Assembly (NCBI GenBank): GCA_902628365.1
Contig: CACOMW010000003.1
Span: 697 to 64,696 of the forward strand
Reading direction: 5' to 3'
DNA from: an uncultured Marinoscillum sp.
Lineage (GTDB): Bacteria > Bacteroidota > Bacteroidia > Cytophagales > MED-G16
DNA length: 64,000 nucleotides
Shown one piece after another: positions 9,225 through 19,141 of this stretch (within the stretch, counting starts at the first letter, position 1; each line of letters begins with the position of its first letter). The position numbers and the translations under genes are program-made. The notes below the pieces were generated by a model, which did no database searches, was not told the DNA's origin, and was given only the letters and a program-made list of their open reading frames with translations.

Positions 9225-10700
9225 TTATAAAAAGTTAGACAAATGTTTTTTCCAGTCGGAATAGTAATTTAAATACTTTTCTCTTAAACTCTTCTTTGGT
9301 TTGTATTTACTAATTAATTTTAGATTTTTAAAAGCGTCTTTCTCATTAGCATAATACCCGATTCCAAGAGCTGCAGCTCTAGCCGCTCCTTCAGCTCCAT
9401 TAGTATCATAAATTTCTAATTCTATCCCTAAAGTATTTACAAATGCTTCTCTAAATAACATACTTAAAAATAAATTCGAGTTTCCAACTTTTATTTTCTT
9501 AAATTCAACACCTAAATTCTTTAGAGATTCGATTCCATAATTCATTGAAAACGCCACACCTTCTTGAACTGATCTTATAAGATCTATCTGATCATGCATA
9601 TTGAAATTTAGATTCATAAGATTTGCTCCTATTTCTTTATTATTTAAAATTCTCTCAGCACCATTACCAAAAGGATAAAATTTTAAGTTTTTAGATCCTA
9701 TTGGTGAATTAATTGCACTTAGGTTTAAATCGTTATAATCACCAGAATTAAGAATTTTTTTGAGCCATGAATATGCTATTCCAGACCCATTGATGCATAA
9801 AAGTAATCCATTTCTATTGTTATCAATAGAATTATTGCAATGTAAAAAAGTATTAATTCTTTCATTTTTATCATAAATATTTTTGTCAGTAACAGCATAA
9901 ATTACTGCAGATGTACCTGCAGTAGCTGCAATTTCTCCTGGATGTAATACATTTAATGAAAATGCATTATTAGGTTGATCACCTGCCTTATAGGTTATTT
10001 CAGTATTTTCTTTGAAACCAAATGACTTTGATATATTCTTTGATATCGACCCATGATTATCAAATGAAGATAAAACTGATGGAAGCAAACCTTTTTTAAA
10101 ACCAAAATATGAAACTAAATCACTAGATACATTTTTATTTTTAAAATCCCATAAAATACCTTCAGAAAGTCCTGATTGAGTAGTATTTATTTTATTAGTT
10201 AACTTGTAAGCTATATAATCACCTGGTAGCATAATTTTAAAAATTGATTTATATAAATCAGGTTCATTCTCCATCACCCATTTTAGCTTTGAAGCAGTAA
10301 AATTCCCTGGAGAATTAAGTAAATTTTTAGAAATAACTTCAGATTTTATTGATTCATTTGCCTTTTTACCGATATCGACTGCTCTTGAATCACACCAAAT
10401 AATTGATTTTCTTAAAGGTTTTCCATTTTTATCTATTAATACTAATCCATGCATTTGATAAGAAATTCCAATGGATGCAATGAGTGAAAAATTAATTTTT
10501 TTATTTAATTTTTTAAAACAACTAACTACACATTCCCACCAATAATCAGGATCTTGTTCCGCCCATCCAGATTGAAGAGAAAAAATATCCATTTCTTTTT
10601 CAGGGTAATTGCATGAAATTATACTCCTCCCTTTTTTTCCATCTAGTATTGATACTTTCACCGATGAGCTACCTAAATCTATTCCTAAAAAATAATCCAT
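9225..10700 (-). CDS. xylB: Xylulokinase (FGGY family)
   Basis: GIDLGSSSVK, GISYQMHG, IWCDSR, PGNFTASKL, GDQPNNA; co-oriented with xylA. Confidence 0.93.
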   Translation of the reverse strand: MDYFLGIDLGSSSVKVSILDGKKGRSIISCNYPEKEMDIFSLQSGWAEQDPDYWWECVVSCFKKLNKKINFSLIASIGISYQMHGLVLIDKNGKPLRKSIIWCDSRAVDIGKKANESIKSEVISKNLLNSPGNFTASKLKWVMENEPDLYKSIFKIMLPGDYIAYKLTNKINTTQSGLSEGILWDFKNKNVSSDLVSYFGFKKGLLPSVLSSFDNHGSISKNISKSFGFKENTEITYKAGDQPNNAFSLNVLHPGEIAATAGTSAVIYAVTDKNIYDKNERINTFLHCNNSIDNNRNGLLLCINGSGIAYSWLKKILNSGDYNDLNLSAINSPIGSKNLKFYPFGNGAERILNNKEIGANLMNLNFNMHDQIDLIRSVQEGVAFSMNYGIESLKNLGVEFKKIKVGNSNLFLSMLFREAFVNTLGIELEIYDTNGAEGAARAAALGIGYYANEKDAFKNLKLISKYKPKKSLREKYLNYYSDWKKHLSNFL

Positions 10701-10792
10701 TGACTTATAAATGTTCGATATAATAATTTCAAATAATCAAAATAATTAAATTTTAATTATTATAAATATAAAAATGTAAATTGTATTAGACA

Positions 10793-12100
10793 ATGTACAA
10801 AAATAAAAGTCAAAAAATTGGATTAAGAGAATCTACGAGTCTAGTTGTAGGAAATATGATAGGAGCTGGTATTTTTATGCTGCCAGCATCGTTAGCCCAA
10901 TATGGTGCTATAAGTATTTTTGGCTGGACAATTTCAGGTATTGGAGCAATTTTCCTTGCTATGATTTTCAAAAGATTAAGTCAAAAAATACCAGGAAAAA
11001 GTGGTCCATTTCATTATACTAAAGAAGGTTTTGGTAGTTTTTCTGCTTTTTTTGTTGTTTGGGGATATTGGCTTTCTATTCTACTGACTAACGCTGGACT
11101 TGCAATAGCGATTACAAGCTATAGCACTGTCATTTTTCCTTTCATAGAGGATAAAATTTTTAGTATAATTTTTTCAATATCAATTATATGGATTATTACG
11201 ATAATAAATAATTATGGTATAAAGACTATGGGAAAATTTCAATTTATAACAAGCATTTTAAAAATCATTCCACTTTTATTAACAATAATTATAAGCTTCT
11301 TTGTTTTCGATATAAAAAATTTTTTTCCAATCAATCTATCTGAACTCTCAAACTTTCATGCCCTCAGTATAACAACTGCAATGACTTTTTTTGCATTTTT
11401 AGGAATTGAATCTGCAACAATTCCAACCGATGGAACTGAATCTCCAGAAAAAACAATTCCTCTTGCAACAACACTTGGAACATTTATAACAATAGCTATT
11501 TATATATTTTCTTCAATTGCTCTAATGGGTATCATTTCACCAAATGATTTAGCTTTATCTAATGCTCCGTTTGCAGATGCAATAAATATTGTTTTAGGAG
11601 AAACTGGAAAAAATATAATTGCGATTTTTGCTATCATTGCTGGTATAGGTTGTCTTAATGGATGGACATTACTTCAAGCTGAAATACCTAAAACATTAGC
11701 TCAGGATGGCTTACTTGGAAGTGTTTTTTTAAAATTAAATAAAAATCAAGTTCCAACATATGGGCTGTTTATTACTAGTTCTTTTGTTAGTTTATTAATA
11801 ATTATGAACTATTCAAAAGGTTTGGTTGGAATATTTACATTTCTTATTTTAACTGGCACATTTTGTGCTCTAATGCTATATGTTTTCTCTTCGTTAATAG
11901 AAATTTCAATTTTAATCAAGCAAAAGGCATCTATAAAAAAATTTGTTGTTCCATCTTTGATTGGAATTCCTACATTTTTTTTTACTTGGTGGATAATTTT
12001 TGGAATTGGAAAAGAACCTATATTCTATAGTATAATATTACTTTTAATTTCAATTCCTATTTATATTTATTATAAAAAAAAAAGTTTTGTTAAATATTAA
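10793..12100 (+). CDS. APC-family amino acid/polyamine permease (AdiC/PotE-like)
   Basis: GNMIGAGIFMLP TM1 motif, FAFLGIESA TM6 motif, about 12 hydrophobic segments. Confidence 0.9.
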   Translation: MYKNKSQKIGLRESTSLVVGNMIGAGIFMLPASLAQYGAISIFGWTISGIGAIFLAMIFKRLSQKIPGKSGPFHYTKEGFGSFSAFFVVWGYWLSILLTNAGLAIAITSYSTVIFPFIEDKIFSIIFSISIIWIITIINNYGIKTMGKFQFITSILKIIPLLLTIIISFFVFDIKNFFPINLSELSNFHALSITTAMTFFAFLGIESATIPTDGTESPEKTIPLATTLGTFITIAIYIFSSIALMGIISPNDLALSNAPFADAINIVLGETGKNIIAIFAIIAGIGCLNGWTLLQAEIPKTLAQDGLLGSVFLKLNKNQVPTYGLFITSSFVSLLIIMNYSKGLVGIFTFLILTGTFCALMLYVFSSLIEISILIKQKASIKKFVVPSLIGIPTFFFTWWIIFGIGKEPIFYSIILLLISIPIYIYYKKKSFVKY

Positions 12101-13301
12101 TAAAATAAGAAATCATTTTCCTTCACTCGAAATAAAAAACTCAAGAGGAGAAAAAATTATTTATCTGGATGGTCCAGGTGGAACTCAAGTTCCAAATAGT
12201 GTAATTAATGCCATTTCAAACTATTATAAAACTTCAAATTCAAATACTCATGGTAGTTTTATAACAAGCAATAGAACTGATAAAATAATGGATGAAACTA
12301 GGGAAAATTTATCAATTTTTTTAGGTGCTCAAAATAAAAATTCAATATCTATAGGCCATAACATGACAACTCTATCCTTTAGTTTAGTTAGAGCCTTTTC
12401 CAAAATTTTCAAAAAAAATGATGAAATTATAGTAACTCAGCTTGATCATGAAGCAAATAGAGGACCATGGATGAGTTTGAAAAATTATGGAATCAAAATC
12501 AATGAAATAAAATTATTAAAATCTGGAAAATTAGATTATAAAGATTTTGAAAGTAAAATAAATGATAAAACTAGATTAGTTGCACTTGGCATGTCATCCA
12601 ATGCTCTTGGAACAGTTAATGATTTTAAAAAAATTGGAAATATTTTAAAAAATCATAAATCTTTTTTTTTATTGGATGCAGTACATTACGCCCCACATTT
12701 TTTGATCGATGTAAAAGATATAAATTGTGATTTTCTATTATGTTCTTCCTATAAATTTTATGGTCCTCACCTTGGGTTTTTATATGCTAAACCTGGAATA
12801 TTAGATAATCTTAATACAGATCGTTTAATAGTTCAAGATCAAATATCTCCATATAGAATAGAGACTGGAACTTTAAATCATGCAGCATGCGCTGGAGCTA
12901 GTGAAGCCGTTAAGTTTATAGCAAACTTTGGAAAAGGAGAGAATTTTAGAATAAAATTAAAAAATGCATATAAAAATATTGGAAAACATGAGCATTCATT
13001 GGCGTCAATGTTATTCAATGAAATAAATGGATTAAATAATTTCAAAACTGTAGGTTTAAATTTTGATTCAAAGCAAAGGGCGCCAACAATATCAATTATA
13101 CATAAAAAAAAGGATCCAAAATACGTTTGTAATAAACTTTCTGAATTTAATATATGCGCTTGGGATGGTCATTTTTATGCAAAAAGAGCTATTGAATGCA
13201 TGGGGCTTGAAAAAAAGGGGGGAGTAACAAGACTTGGAATCTCAATTTATAATACTAAGGATGAGATTGAAAGAACTATTAAAGCTCTTTCAAGTATTTA
13301 A
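12087..13301 (+). CDS. Class V PLP-dependent enzyme, cysteine desulfurase-like (VC1184-type)
   Basis: YLDGPGGTQVP, LDHEAN, DAVHYAPH, CSSYKFYGPH (PLP lysine), ETGT; TTG start overlapping the permease end. Confidence 0.88.
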   Translation: MLNINKIRNHFPSLEIKNSRGEKIIYLDGPGGTQVPNSVINAISNYYKTSNSNTHGSFITSNRTDKIMDETRENLSIFLGAQNKNSISIGHNMTTLSFSLVRAFSKIFKKNDEIIVTQLDHEANRGPWMSLKNYGIKINEIKLLKSGKLDYKDFESKINDKTRLVALGMSSNALGTVNDFKKIGNILKNHKSFFLLDAVHYAPHFLIDVKDINCDFLLCSSYKFYGPHLGFLYAKPGILDNLNTDRLIVQDQISPYRIETGTLNHAACAGASEAVKFIANFGKGENFRIKLKNAYKNIGKHEHSLASMLFNEINGLNNFKTVGLNFDSKQRAPTISIIHKKKDPKYVCNKLSEFNICAWDGHFYAKRAIECMGLEKKGGVTRLGISIYNTKDEIERTIKALSSI

Positions 13302-13976
13302 CTTATCTTTTTTAAAATATTTCTTAACTACATAAGACAAACTTTTATATGAATTTATCAGTATCTCATTAATAATTTTATTTTCCATCCATCTAACTTT
13401 TTCAATTTTTTCTTTCTTTTGGCCTTTCATTTTTGAATCATCAATACATTTCATTTTGTACCAAACAGTTTTCTTTAAAATAAACTTTTTATATCTAGTG
13501 TAGGTGTGCCATGTTGTACAATTCCTATTAATAATTTTAACTTTGGTATTAGTTTCTTCTTCAACTTCTCTTACAGCACAATCTTTTATTTTTTCACCTT
13601 TATCTTTTTTACCTTTTGGAAGATCCCACTTACCTAATCTGTAAATAAATAAAATTTTGTTCTCATTATTTTGAACAATACCACCAGCTGCTTTAATTAC
13701 TTTAAATTTTTTCTTTAAATACTTTATTACTTCTTTTTTATTTTTTAAAGTAAATGTAACAGAATAGGTTTTTTTAAGTTTTTTTTCTGTCATTATCTTT
13801 AACAATGAATCAATTGAATCTGGTAAAGCATCATAAATTAATACTCTTGCTCTTAGTTTAGTATGAATTATTCCAGAAGATCCATCTATTAGAGTATCAT
13901 AATTTTCAACTTTCAACTTTGAATTATCTAAATTTTTGAATAATACAGGTATATCATTAATGAAAATTCTTTTCAT
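13290..13976 (-). CDS. NUDIX hydrolase
   Basis: WDLPKGKKDKGEKIKDCAVREVEEET Nudix box; usual divergent neighbour of pyrE in Bacteroidota. Confidence 0.92.
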   Translation of the reverse strand: MKRIFINDIPVLFKNLDNSKLKVENYDTLIDGSSGIIHTKLRARVLIYDALPDSIDSLLKIMTEKKLKKTYSVTFTLKNKKEVIKYLKKKFKVIKAAGGIVQNNENKILFIYRLGKWDLPKGKKDKGEKIKDCAVREVEEETNTKVKIINRNCTTWHTYTRYKKFILKKTVWYKMKCIDDSKMKGQKKEKIEKVRWMENKIINEILINSYKSLSYVVKKYFKKDKLNT

Positions 13977-14025
13977 AATAGAAAAATTGAATTATTGAAA
14001 TGCAAAATATTAAAATAAATCGAAT

Positions 14026-14033
14026 TATTTTTG
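14026..14033 (+). promoter_or_regulatory. Bacteroidota -7 promoter element for pyrE
   Basis: TATTTTTG matches TAnnTTTG, 11 nt before the ATG. Confidence 0.5.
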
Positions 14034-14044
14034 TTTATCTATAA

Positions 14045-14671
14045 ATGATTGCACAAAAAATTATATCATCTCTTATTTCAATTAATTCTATAAAAATTAA
14101 TTTAAAAAATCCATTTATTTGGGCATCTGGATGGAAATCTCCTATATATTGTGATAATAGGATATCACTTTCATATCCTAAAATAAGAGATGATATCACT
14201 GCTCAGTTGGTTAATAAAATTAAATCGACTTTCGATAAAATAGATGCCATAGCTGGCGTAGCAACTGCAGGTATACCTCAAGCTTCTCTTGTTGCAAAAG
14301 AACTTAATCTACCTTTGGTTTACGTTAGATCAACAGCAAAAAAACATGGTATGAAAAACATGATCGAGGGAGAATTAAAAATTAATTCTAATGTATTAGT
14401 TATTGAAGATTTGATTTCTACAGGTGGAAGTTCATTAAAAGCAATAGATGCAATAAAATTGAGAAAATGTAATATTTTAGGCTTAGCATGTATATTTAAT
14501 TATAGTTTTGAAATTTCTAAAACCAATTTTAAATCCAATAATATAAAAGTAGTCAATCTATGCAATTATTATGATTTGATTGAATTTGTAAAAACAAATA
14601 AAATAATTAGTCCAAAAGAAATAGATTTTTTAAAAAGTTGGAGAAAAAATCCAGATAAGTGGATTAATTAA
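14045..14671 (+). CDS. pyrE: Orotate phosphoribosyltransferase
   Basis: WASGWKSPIYCDNR, VATAGIP, VIEDLISTGGSS PRPP-binding motif. Confidence 0.96.
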   Translation: MIAQKIISSLISINSIKINLKNPFIWASGWKSPIYCDNRISLSYPKIRDDITAQLVNKIKSTFDKIDAIAGVATAGIPQASLVAKELNLPLVYVRSTAKKHGMKNMIEGELKINSNVLVIEDLISTGGSSLKAIDAIKLRKCNILGLACIFNYSFEISKTNFKSNNIKVVNLCNYYDLIEFVKTNKIISPKEIDFLKSWRKNPDKWIN

Positions 14672-14675
14672 ATAG

Positions 14676-15233
14676 TTAGTTTTCAAGATAAGATAACTCT
14701 ACAGGAATTATTGGATCTATTGGATCAAGTTTAGAAAAAGCTATTTTTGATAATCTGATTACAATTTTTTGATTTGAACCTGTATCTGGTAATTTACCAA
14801 TAACTCTAACCATTACCTTTAAATCATTCATTTGATTTCTGACAAAAAGAATAGTTCCAACTTTTGCACTTTTATGCAAAGCTAAGTATTTAGTTGACTC
14901 CATAGGTTCCTCTATTGAAGATGCAAAACCTTCCTCTTTTAAAATACCTGGAAATTTTTCTTCATATGTTTTTTCAATCAATTCAGATTTAATATTTGAT
15001 AATTCAGAAAGAATTATAATTTTTTGATTAACAGAAAGATCATTATTTTTAAGATTATTCCATTTTTTTAAATCACCAATAGAAAGATTATATTTTTTTG
15101 AAATAGAAAATAATGTTTCTCCTTTCTCAACATTGTGAAAAATTGTATCACTTAATTCTCTTGATAATGATTGAAAATGAGTTAAATTCAAAAAGAAAAA
15201 TAAAAGACAGAATTTATAATTTATAAAAAGCAT
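14676..15233 (-). CDS. LysM-domain protein with C-terminal RlpA/DPBB-like domain
   Basis: HNVEKGETLFSISKKYNLSIGDLKKWNNL LysM; C-terminal YLALHKSAKVGT..VRN..VRVIGKLP. Confidence 0.8.
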   Translation of the reverse strand: MLFINYKFCLLFFFLNLTHFQSLSRELSDTIFHNVEKGETLFSISKKYNLSIGDLKKWNNLKNNDLSVNQKIIILSELSNIKSELIEKTYEEKFPGILKEEGFASSIEEPMESTKYLALHKSAKVGTILFVRNQMNDLKVMVRVIGKLPDTGSNQKIVIRLSKIAFSKLDPIDPIIPVELSYLEN

Positions 15234-15249
15234 TTAATTAGTAATGTAT

Positions 15250-15257
15250 TAATTTTG
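15250..15257 (+). promoter_or_regulatory. Bacteroidota -7 promoter element, probably a leaderless nfeD transcript
   Basis: TAATTTTG ends 4 nt before the ATG at 15262. Confidence 0.5.
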
Positions 15258-15261
15258 TAAT

Positions 15262-16614
15262 ATGAAACTAGGACATAAAATAATTTATATTTTTTTACCA
15301 ATATTCATTTTACTTAAAATTAATATTTCTTTTTCGCAAGAGAAAAAACTTAATGTTCTTCTTGTTGAAATAAAACAAAATATCGATCCAAGAATAAATA
15401 GATATACAAAATTAATGTTAGAAGAAGTTGAAAAAAAGGATTATGATATGATAATCATTGAAATGGATACTTATGGAGGTGCTTTAAATGATGCTGATGA
15501 TATTAGAACAAGAATTCTAGACTTTGATAAACCAATTTACTCGTGGATAAATAAGGATGCTGCGTCAGCTGGAGCCTTGATTTCTATTGCTTGTGACAGT
15601 ATTTATATGAGTAGTGGAGCAAGTATTGGTGCAGCAACTGTTGTAACTGCTGATGGAAGTGCAGCACCTGATAAATATCAATCTTACATGAGATCTATAA
15701 TGAGATCGACTGCAGAGGCTAAAAATAGAGATCCAAATATTGCTGAAGCAATGGTTGATCAAGATGTTAAAATAGATAGTTTATCTCAAGAAGGAAAAGT
15801 TATTACATTCTCAACATCTGAAGCTATAAAAAATGGTTTTTGCGAAGCTGAAATTAATTCGATAGATGAATTAATGAACCATCTAAATTATAATAATTAT
15901 GAAATTAACAAATTTGAACTAAGTTCTACTGAAAATATAATTGCATTTTTCTTGAATCCTATGATTAGCAGTGTTTTAATTCTTATTATTTTAGGTGGAA
16001 TTTATTTTGAACTTCAAACTCCTGGTGTTGGCTTTCCAATAATGGCTGCAATTATAGCTAGTATATTATATCTCACTCCATATTATCTTAATGGCCTTGC
16101 TGAAAATTGGGAAATATTAATGTTTTTAGTTGGAATAATATTAATTGGCATTGAAATTTTCATTATTCCGGGATTTGGAATATTTGGAATTCTTGGAATA
16201 TTATTTTCAATTAGTTCCCTGGTTTTAATCATGGTTAATAATGATTTTCTAGATTTTACTTTTGTTTTTCCAGCCGAACTTTTTAATGCGACCGGATCTG
16301 TTCTTCTAGCTGTACTTGGCTTTATAGTTCTTTTATTTTTTGGTGGAATTAAGCTTTCTGAATCTCAATATTTTAAAAAAATATCTCTAGATGATATTCA
16401 AGATTCAAATAAAGGATTTACATCTAAAATAAGCAATAATGATATAATAGGTAAAAAAGGCAAATCATTTACTGTTCTTAGACCTAGTGGAAAAGTTATC
16501 ATTGAGAATAAAATATTTGACGCTTCAACCTCGGGGGAATACATTGATAAAAATAAAAATATTGAGGTAGTAGAAAACGAAGGAACATCAATTAAAGTTA
16601 AACAAATAACCTAG
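15262..16614 (+). CDS. NfeD-family membrane-bound serine protease
   Basis: DTYGG, AASAGALI, IGAAT ClpP-like domain; central transmembrane region with ELQTPGVG; C-terminal OB fold LRPSGKV. Confidence 0.92.
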   Translation: MKLGHKIIYIFLPIFILLKINISFSQEKKLNVLLVEIKQNIDPRINRYTKLMLEEVEKKDYDMIIIEMDTYGGALNDADDIRTRILDFDKPIYSWINKDAASAGALISIACDSIYMSSGASIGAATVVTADGSAAPDKYQSYMRSIMRSTAEAKNRDPNIAEAMVDQDVKIDSLSQEGKVITFSTSEAIKNGFCEAEINSIDELMNHLNYNNYEINKFELSSTENIIAFFLNPMISSVLILIILGGIYFELQTPGVGFPIMAAIIASILYLTPYYLNGLAENWEILMFLVGIILIGIEIFIIPGFGIFGILGILFSISSLVLIMVNNDFLDFTFVFPAELFNATGSVLLAVLGFIVLLFFGGIKLSESQYFKKISLDDIQDSNKGFTSKISNNDIIGKKGKSFTVLRPSGKVIIENKIFDASTSGEYIDKNKNIEVVENEGTSIKVKQIT

Positions 16615-17330
16615 TGAGATATATTGCTGTAATTCCTTCTAGAATGGAATCGAAGAGACTCCCTGGAAAACCTTTAAAAAAAATTGGAAACAAGTCTATG
16701 ATTCAAAGGGTGTATGAACAATCTATTAAATGTGAAAGGTTTGAAAAAGTAATTGTAGCTACAGATAATGATGAAATAAAAAAACATGTTGAAAGCTTTG
16801 GTGAAGTTGTATTGACCTCTTCAAACCCTATAAATGGAACTGAAAGAGTATCGGAAGCCTTAAATAAAATTAACATTTCTTATGATTATGTGGTAAATAT
16901 TCAAGGAGATGAACCTTTTATAAAAAAAAATCAAATTGATGCCTTACTTAATATATGTAATGGAAAAAATCAAATATGTAGTCTAGTAAAAAAAACACCT
17001 TATAACCAAGAATTGAAAAAAAATAGTATAATTAAAGTTGTTATGGATAAAAATAAAAATGCCTTATATTTTTCAAGAAATATAATTCCAACAAATAATG
17101 AAAATGCTATATATTATAAACACATAGGCTTATATGCATTTAAAAAAAATACGATAAAAAAAATAACTGAACTATCAAAATCAGAATTAGAAAAAATAGA
17201 GTCATTAGAACAATTAAGGTGGTTAGAAAATAATTATAAGATTAAATTAGCAATAACTGAAGAAGATACTTTCGGTATAGATACAGAAGAAGACTTAATT
17301 AAAGCAAATAAAATTATTTTAAATAATTAA
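16614..17330 (+). CDS. kdsB: 3-deoxy-manno-octulosonate cytidylyltransferase
   Basis: IPSRMESKRLPGKPL, GTER, NIQGDEP, LYFSR, HIGLY, LEQLRWLE. Confidence 0.95.
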   Translation: MRYIAVIPSRMESKRLPGKPLKKIGNKSMIQRVYEQSIKCERFEKVIVATDNDEIKKHVESFGEVVLTSSNPINGTERVSEALNKINISYDYVVNIQGDEPFIKKNQIDALLNICNGKNQICSLVKKTPYNQELKKNSIIKVVMDKNKNALYFSRNIIPTNNENAIYYKHIGLYAFKKNTIKKITELSKSELEKIESLEQLRWLENNYKIKLAITEEDTFGIDTEEDLIKANKIILNN

Positions 17331-17334
17331 AAAT

Positions 17335-17342
17335 TATATTTG
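17335..17342 (+). promoter_or_regulatory. Bacteroidota -7 promoter element for sppA
   Basis: TATATTTG in the 29-bp kdsB-sppA gap. Confidence 0.5.
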
Positions 17343-17359
17343 TAAAAAAATCAAAATAA

Positions 17360-19141
17360 ATGAATTTTTTCAAAAATATTTTAAAAAATGTTATAACAAA
17401 CATCATCGGATTCTTTGTTAGTATATTTTTAATTTTTATAATTTTTACGATAATGGTTGCAATATTTTCATCTCCTGATGATAAAGCAAATATTATTGAA
17501 GTTAAAGAGAATTCTATCCTATTTATTGATGATATAAATATAATTGGAGATAGGGATTTAAAAGGCGATGATTTAGATATCAATCTAGGATTTTCATTAC
17601 CAGGTTTAAACGAGGATTTAAATAAAGAAAAAATTAGTTTAAGAACATTTAAAACTCTTATTGATTCAGCAAAAAATGATGAAAATATTAAAAGCATTGT
17701 TTTAAATCTTGATAATGCATTAATACCTTTCAATAAATTAAAACAAGTCAGAGATATTTTATCATCTTTTAGAGAAGTAAAACCTATATATTCTCATTCT
17801 GACTATTATACTAAAAACTCTTATTATTTATCTTCTATTAGTAATTTAATAGCTGTATCACCTCCAGGATTCATAAATATAAGTGGTTTTGGTATATTCG
17901 ATTTCTTCTATAGAGAATTATTTGAGGAGTTAGGAATCAAAATTGAGCTTTTTAGAGTAGGAGAATTTAAGGGAGCTGCTGAAACCTATGTCAGAAATAA
18001 ATTTAGTGAAGAAAATAAAAAACAATATTATGAATTTTTGGACGAAAGATTTAATTTCTATTTAAAAGATATATCAGATTCTAGAAATTTAACAAAAACA
18101 TCATTAATTAATTTTATCAATAATTATGAAACTGAACTTTTAAGCGATGCTTTAAAAAATAATTTAGTTGATACATTATTTTACAGTGATCAATTTGATG
18201 ATTATTTGAAAACAAAAATTGATTCTTCATACAACAAAGTTTCATTCCTAGATTATAAAAAAACAGTTAAGATTAAAAATAATTACTCTAAGGATAAAAT
18301 TGCTATATTATATGCATTAGGAGGTATTCTTCCAGGAAAAGGAGATGAAGGTATTTTTTCTGAAAGTATAATTAAAGAGATAAAAAAAATAAAAAAGAAT
18401 AAAAATATTAAATCCGTCATTTTTTATATTAATTCAGGAGGAGGTAGTGCATTTGCTTCTGATTTAATCCACAGAGAAATACAACTTTTAAATGAAAAGA
18501 AACCAGTTATTGTTTATATGTCTGATGTGTGTGCGTCAGGTGGTTATTATATAGGTATGCCTGCTGATACATTAATTTCATCTAAACATAGTATTCTAGG
18601 TTCAATTGGAGTTTTTGGCATTGTTCCTGATTTATCTGGGTTAATTAAAAATAAATTAAAAATAAATGTTGATGAGATTAAAACAAGTCAAAATATTGGA
18701 GAAATTAATTTATTAAAGCCACTTAATAAAGACGAAAAAAAATTAGTTCAAAGAGGAGTAAATCAAATATATGATGACTTTTTAAATGTTGTTTCTAAAG
18801 GGAGAAAAATGAGTAAAGAAGAAGTAAATAAAATTGCAAGAGGTAGAGTATATTATGGAGAAACTTCAAAAAAAATCAATTTAGTTGATATTCTTGGTGA
18901 TATGAACGATGCAATAGAAATAGCTGCTGATAAAGCTAAAATTGAAAAATATCAAATTATTGAATATCCAAGACAAAAATCATCAATTGAAAAACTGGTT
19001 TCATCATTAAATCAAGTTAACTTTTTATATTCAGAATATTTTCCAAAAATTGATAATTGGTTAGTTAAATCAATAACTGAAACAAAAATATATGATCCAT
19101 TACAAATGAGAATGGAATTTCAATCAGATGTATCTAAGTGA
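17360..19141 (+). CDS. sppA: Signal peptide peptidase SppA, 67K type
   Basis: N-terminal transmembrane anchor, GEFKGAAE, INSGGGSA, ASGGYY, GSIGVFG, GRVY. Confidence 0.93.
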   Translation: MNFFKNILKNVITNIIGFFVSIFLIFIIFTIMVAIFSSPDDKANIIEVKENSILFIDDINIIGDRDLKGDDLDINLGFSLPGLNEDLNKEKISLRTFKTLIDSAKNDENIKSIVLNLDNALIPFNKLKQVRDILSSFREVKPIYSHSDYYTKNSYYLSSISNLIAVSPPGFINISGFGIFDFFYRELFEELGIKIELFRVGEFKGAAETYVRNKFSEENKKQYYEFLDERFNFYLKDISDSRNLTKTSLINFINNYETELLSDALKNNLVDTLFYSDQFDDYLKTKIDSSYNKVSFLDYKKTVKIKNNYSKDKIAILYALGGILPGKGDEGIFSESIIKEIKKIKKNKNIKSVIFYINSGGGSAFASDLIHREIQLLNEKKPVIVYMSDVCASGGYYIGMPADTLISSKHSILGSIGVFGIVPDLSGLIKNKLKINVDEIKTSQNIGEINLLKPLNKDEKKLVQRGVNQIYDDFLNVVSKGRKMSKEEVNKIARGRVYYGETSKKINLVDILGDMNDAIEIAADKAKIEKYQIIEYPRQKSSIEKLVSSLNQVNFLYSEYFPKIDNWLVKSITETKIYDPLQMRMEFQSDVSK

